From assembly GCF_964355755.1 (NCBI RefSeq), contig NC_092674.1, forward strand, positions 9,920,001-9,984,000: a stretch of DNA of 64,000 nt, given 5' to 3'. Positions 63,661-64,000 of this stretch are shown here, piece by piece; the first letter of the stretch is position 1, and each line of letters starts with the position of its first letter. Below the pieces are notes generated by a model. That model was not told the origin of the DNA and searched no databases. It was given only the letters and a program-made list of their open reading frames with translations. Source of the stretch: Antedon mediterranea (Eukaryota > Animalia > Echinodermata). The translations under genes were made by a program, and so were the position numbers.

Positions 63661-64000
63661 TTAGGTTAAATACTATTCATTTAATTAAATTCAATTCAAT
63701 CAGTAAATAACTGTACTATAAAATGAAGAATATAGGCCCATTTCCAATATTTTTTAGGTCATTAGACCACCAATCCTAACTAATCATAATCTATTCCTTA
63801 AATTTGGCAAAAGTTCTAAAAGTTATTGAATAGACATAGGTACCTTGGCATTGCATTGAATGCTACTTCTTTTCTATAGTCCAGATATGAAAATGATACT
63901 AATTGGCCTTTCGTTAAAGTGATAAGTGATTCTAATAGGAGACCAGAAGTCTACAGACCATTGATACCCATAGGTCTTTTAACCTCTAATTTGTAACATC

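Overview
AT-rich eukaryotic (animal, probably marine invertebrate; taxon is inference only) genomic DNA. It lies almost entirely inside a + strand SH3RF/POSH-family gene (SH3-domain RING E3 ligase and JNK scaffold). Three coding exons (57582-57643, 58994-59207, 63361-63456) splice in frame to give SH3-1 and SH3-2. No upstream exon is visible, so 1-57581 looks like one intron of at least 57 kb (the window opens on GTAAGC, possibly its donor). The intron holds a very young non-autonomous Gmr1-like Gypsy LTR element (apparently identical 356-bp LTRs, Gag-protease fused to an integrase tail, no RT), a 5'-truncated L2-type LINE with an intact RT frame, several PIF/Harbinger and one Kolobok non-autonomous element, a 5S-rRNA-derived SINE, tRNA SINE and LINE remnants, and many tandem arrays. 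The best leads are: a consensus recursive-splice site near mid-intron (26094/26095); the RT-less LTR element with splice sites that bracket its only ORF; the 5S SINE sharing a covarying 3' stem-loop with a nearby LINE; and inverted twin Harbingers carrying a Myb/SANT relic. All calls were made by eye; no alignment or database search was run.
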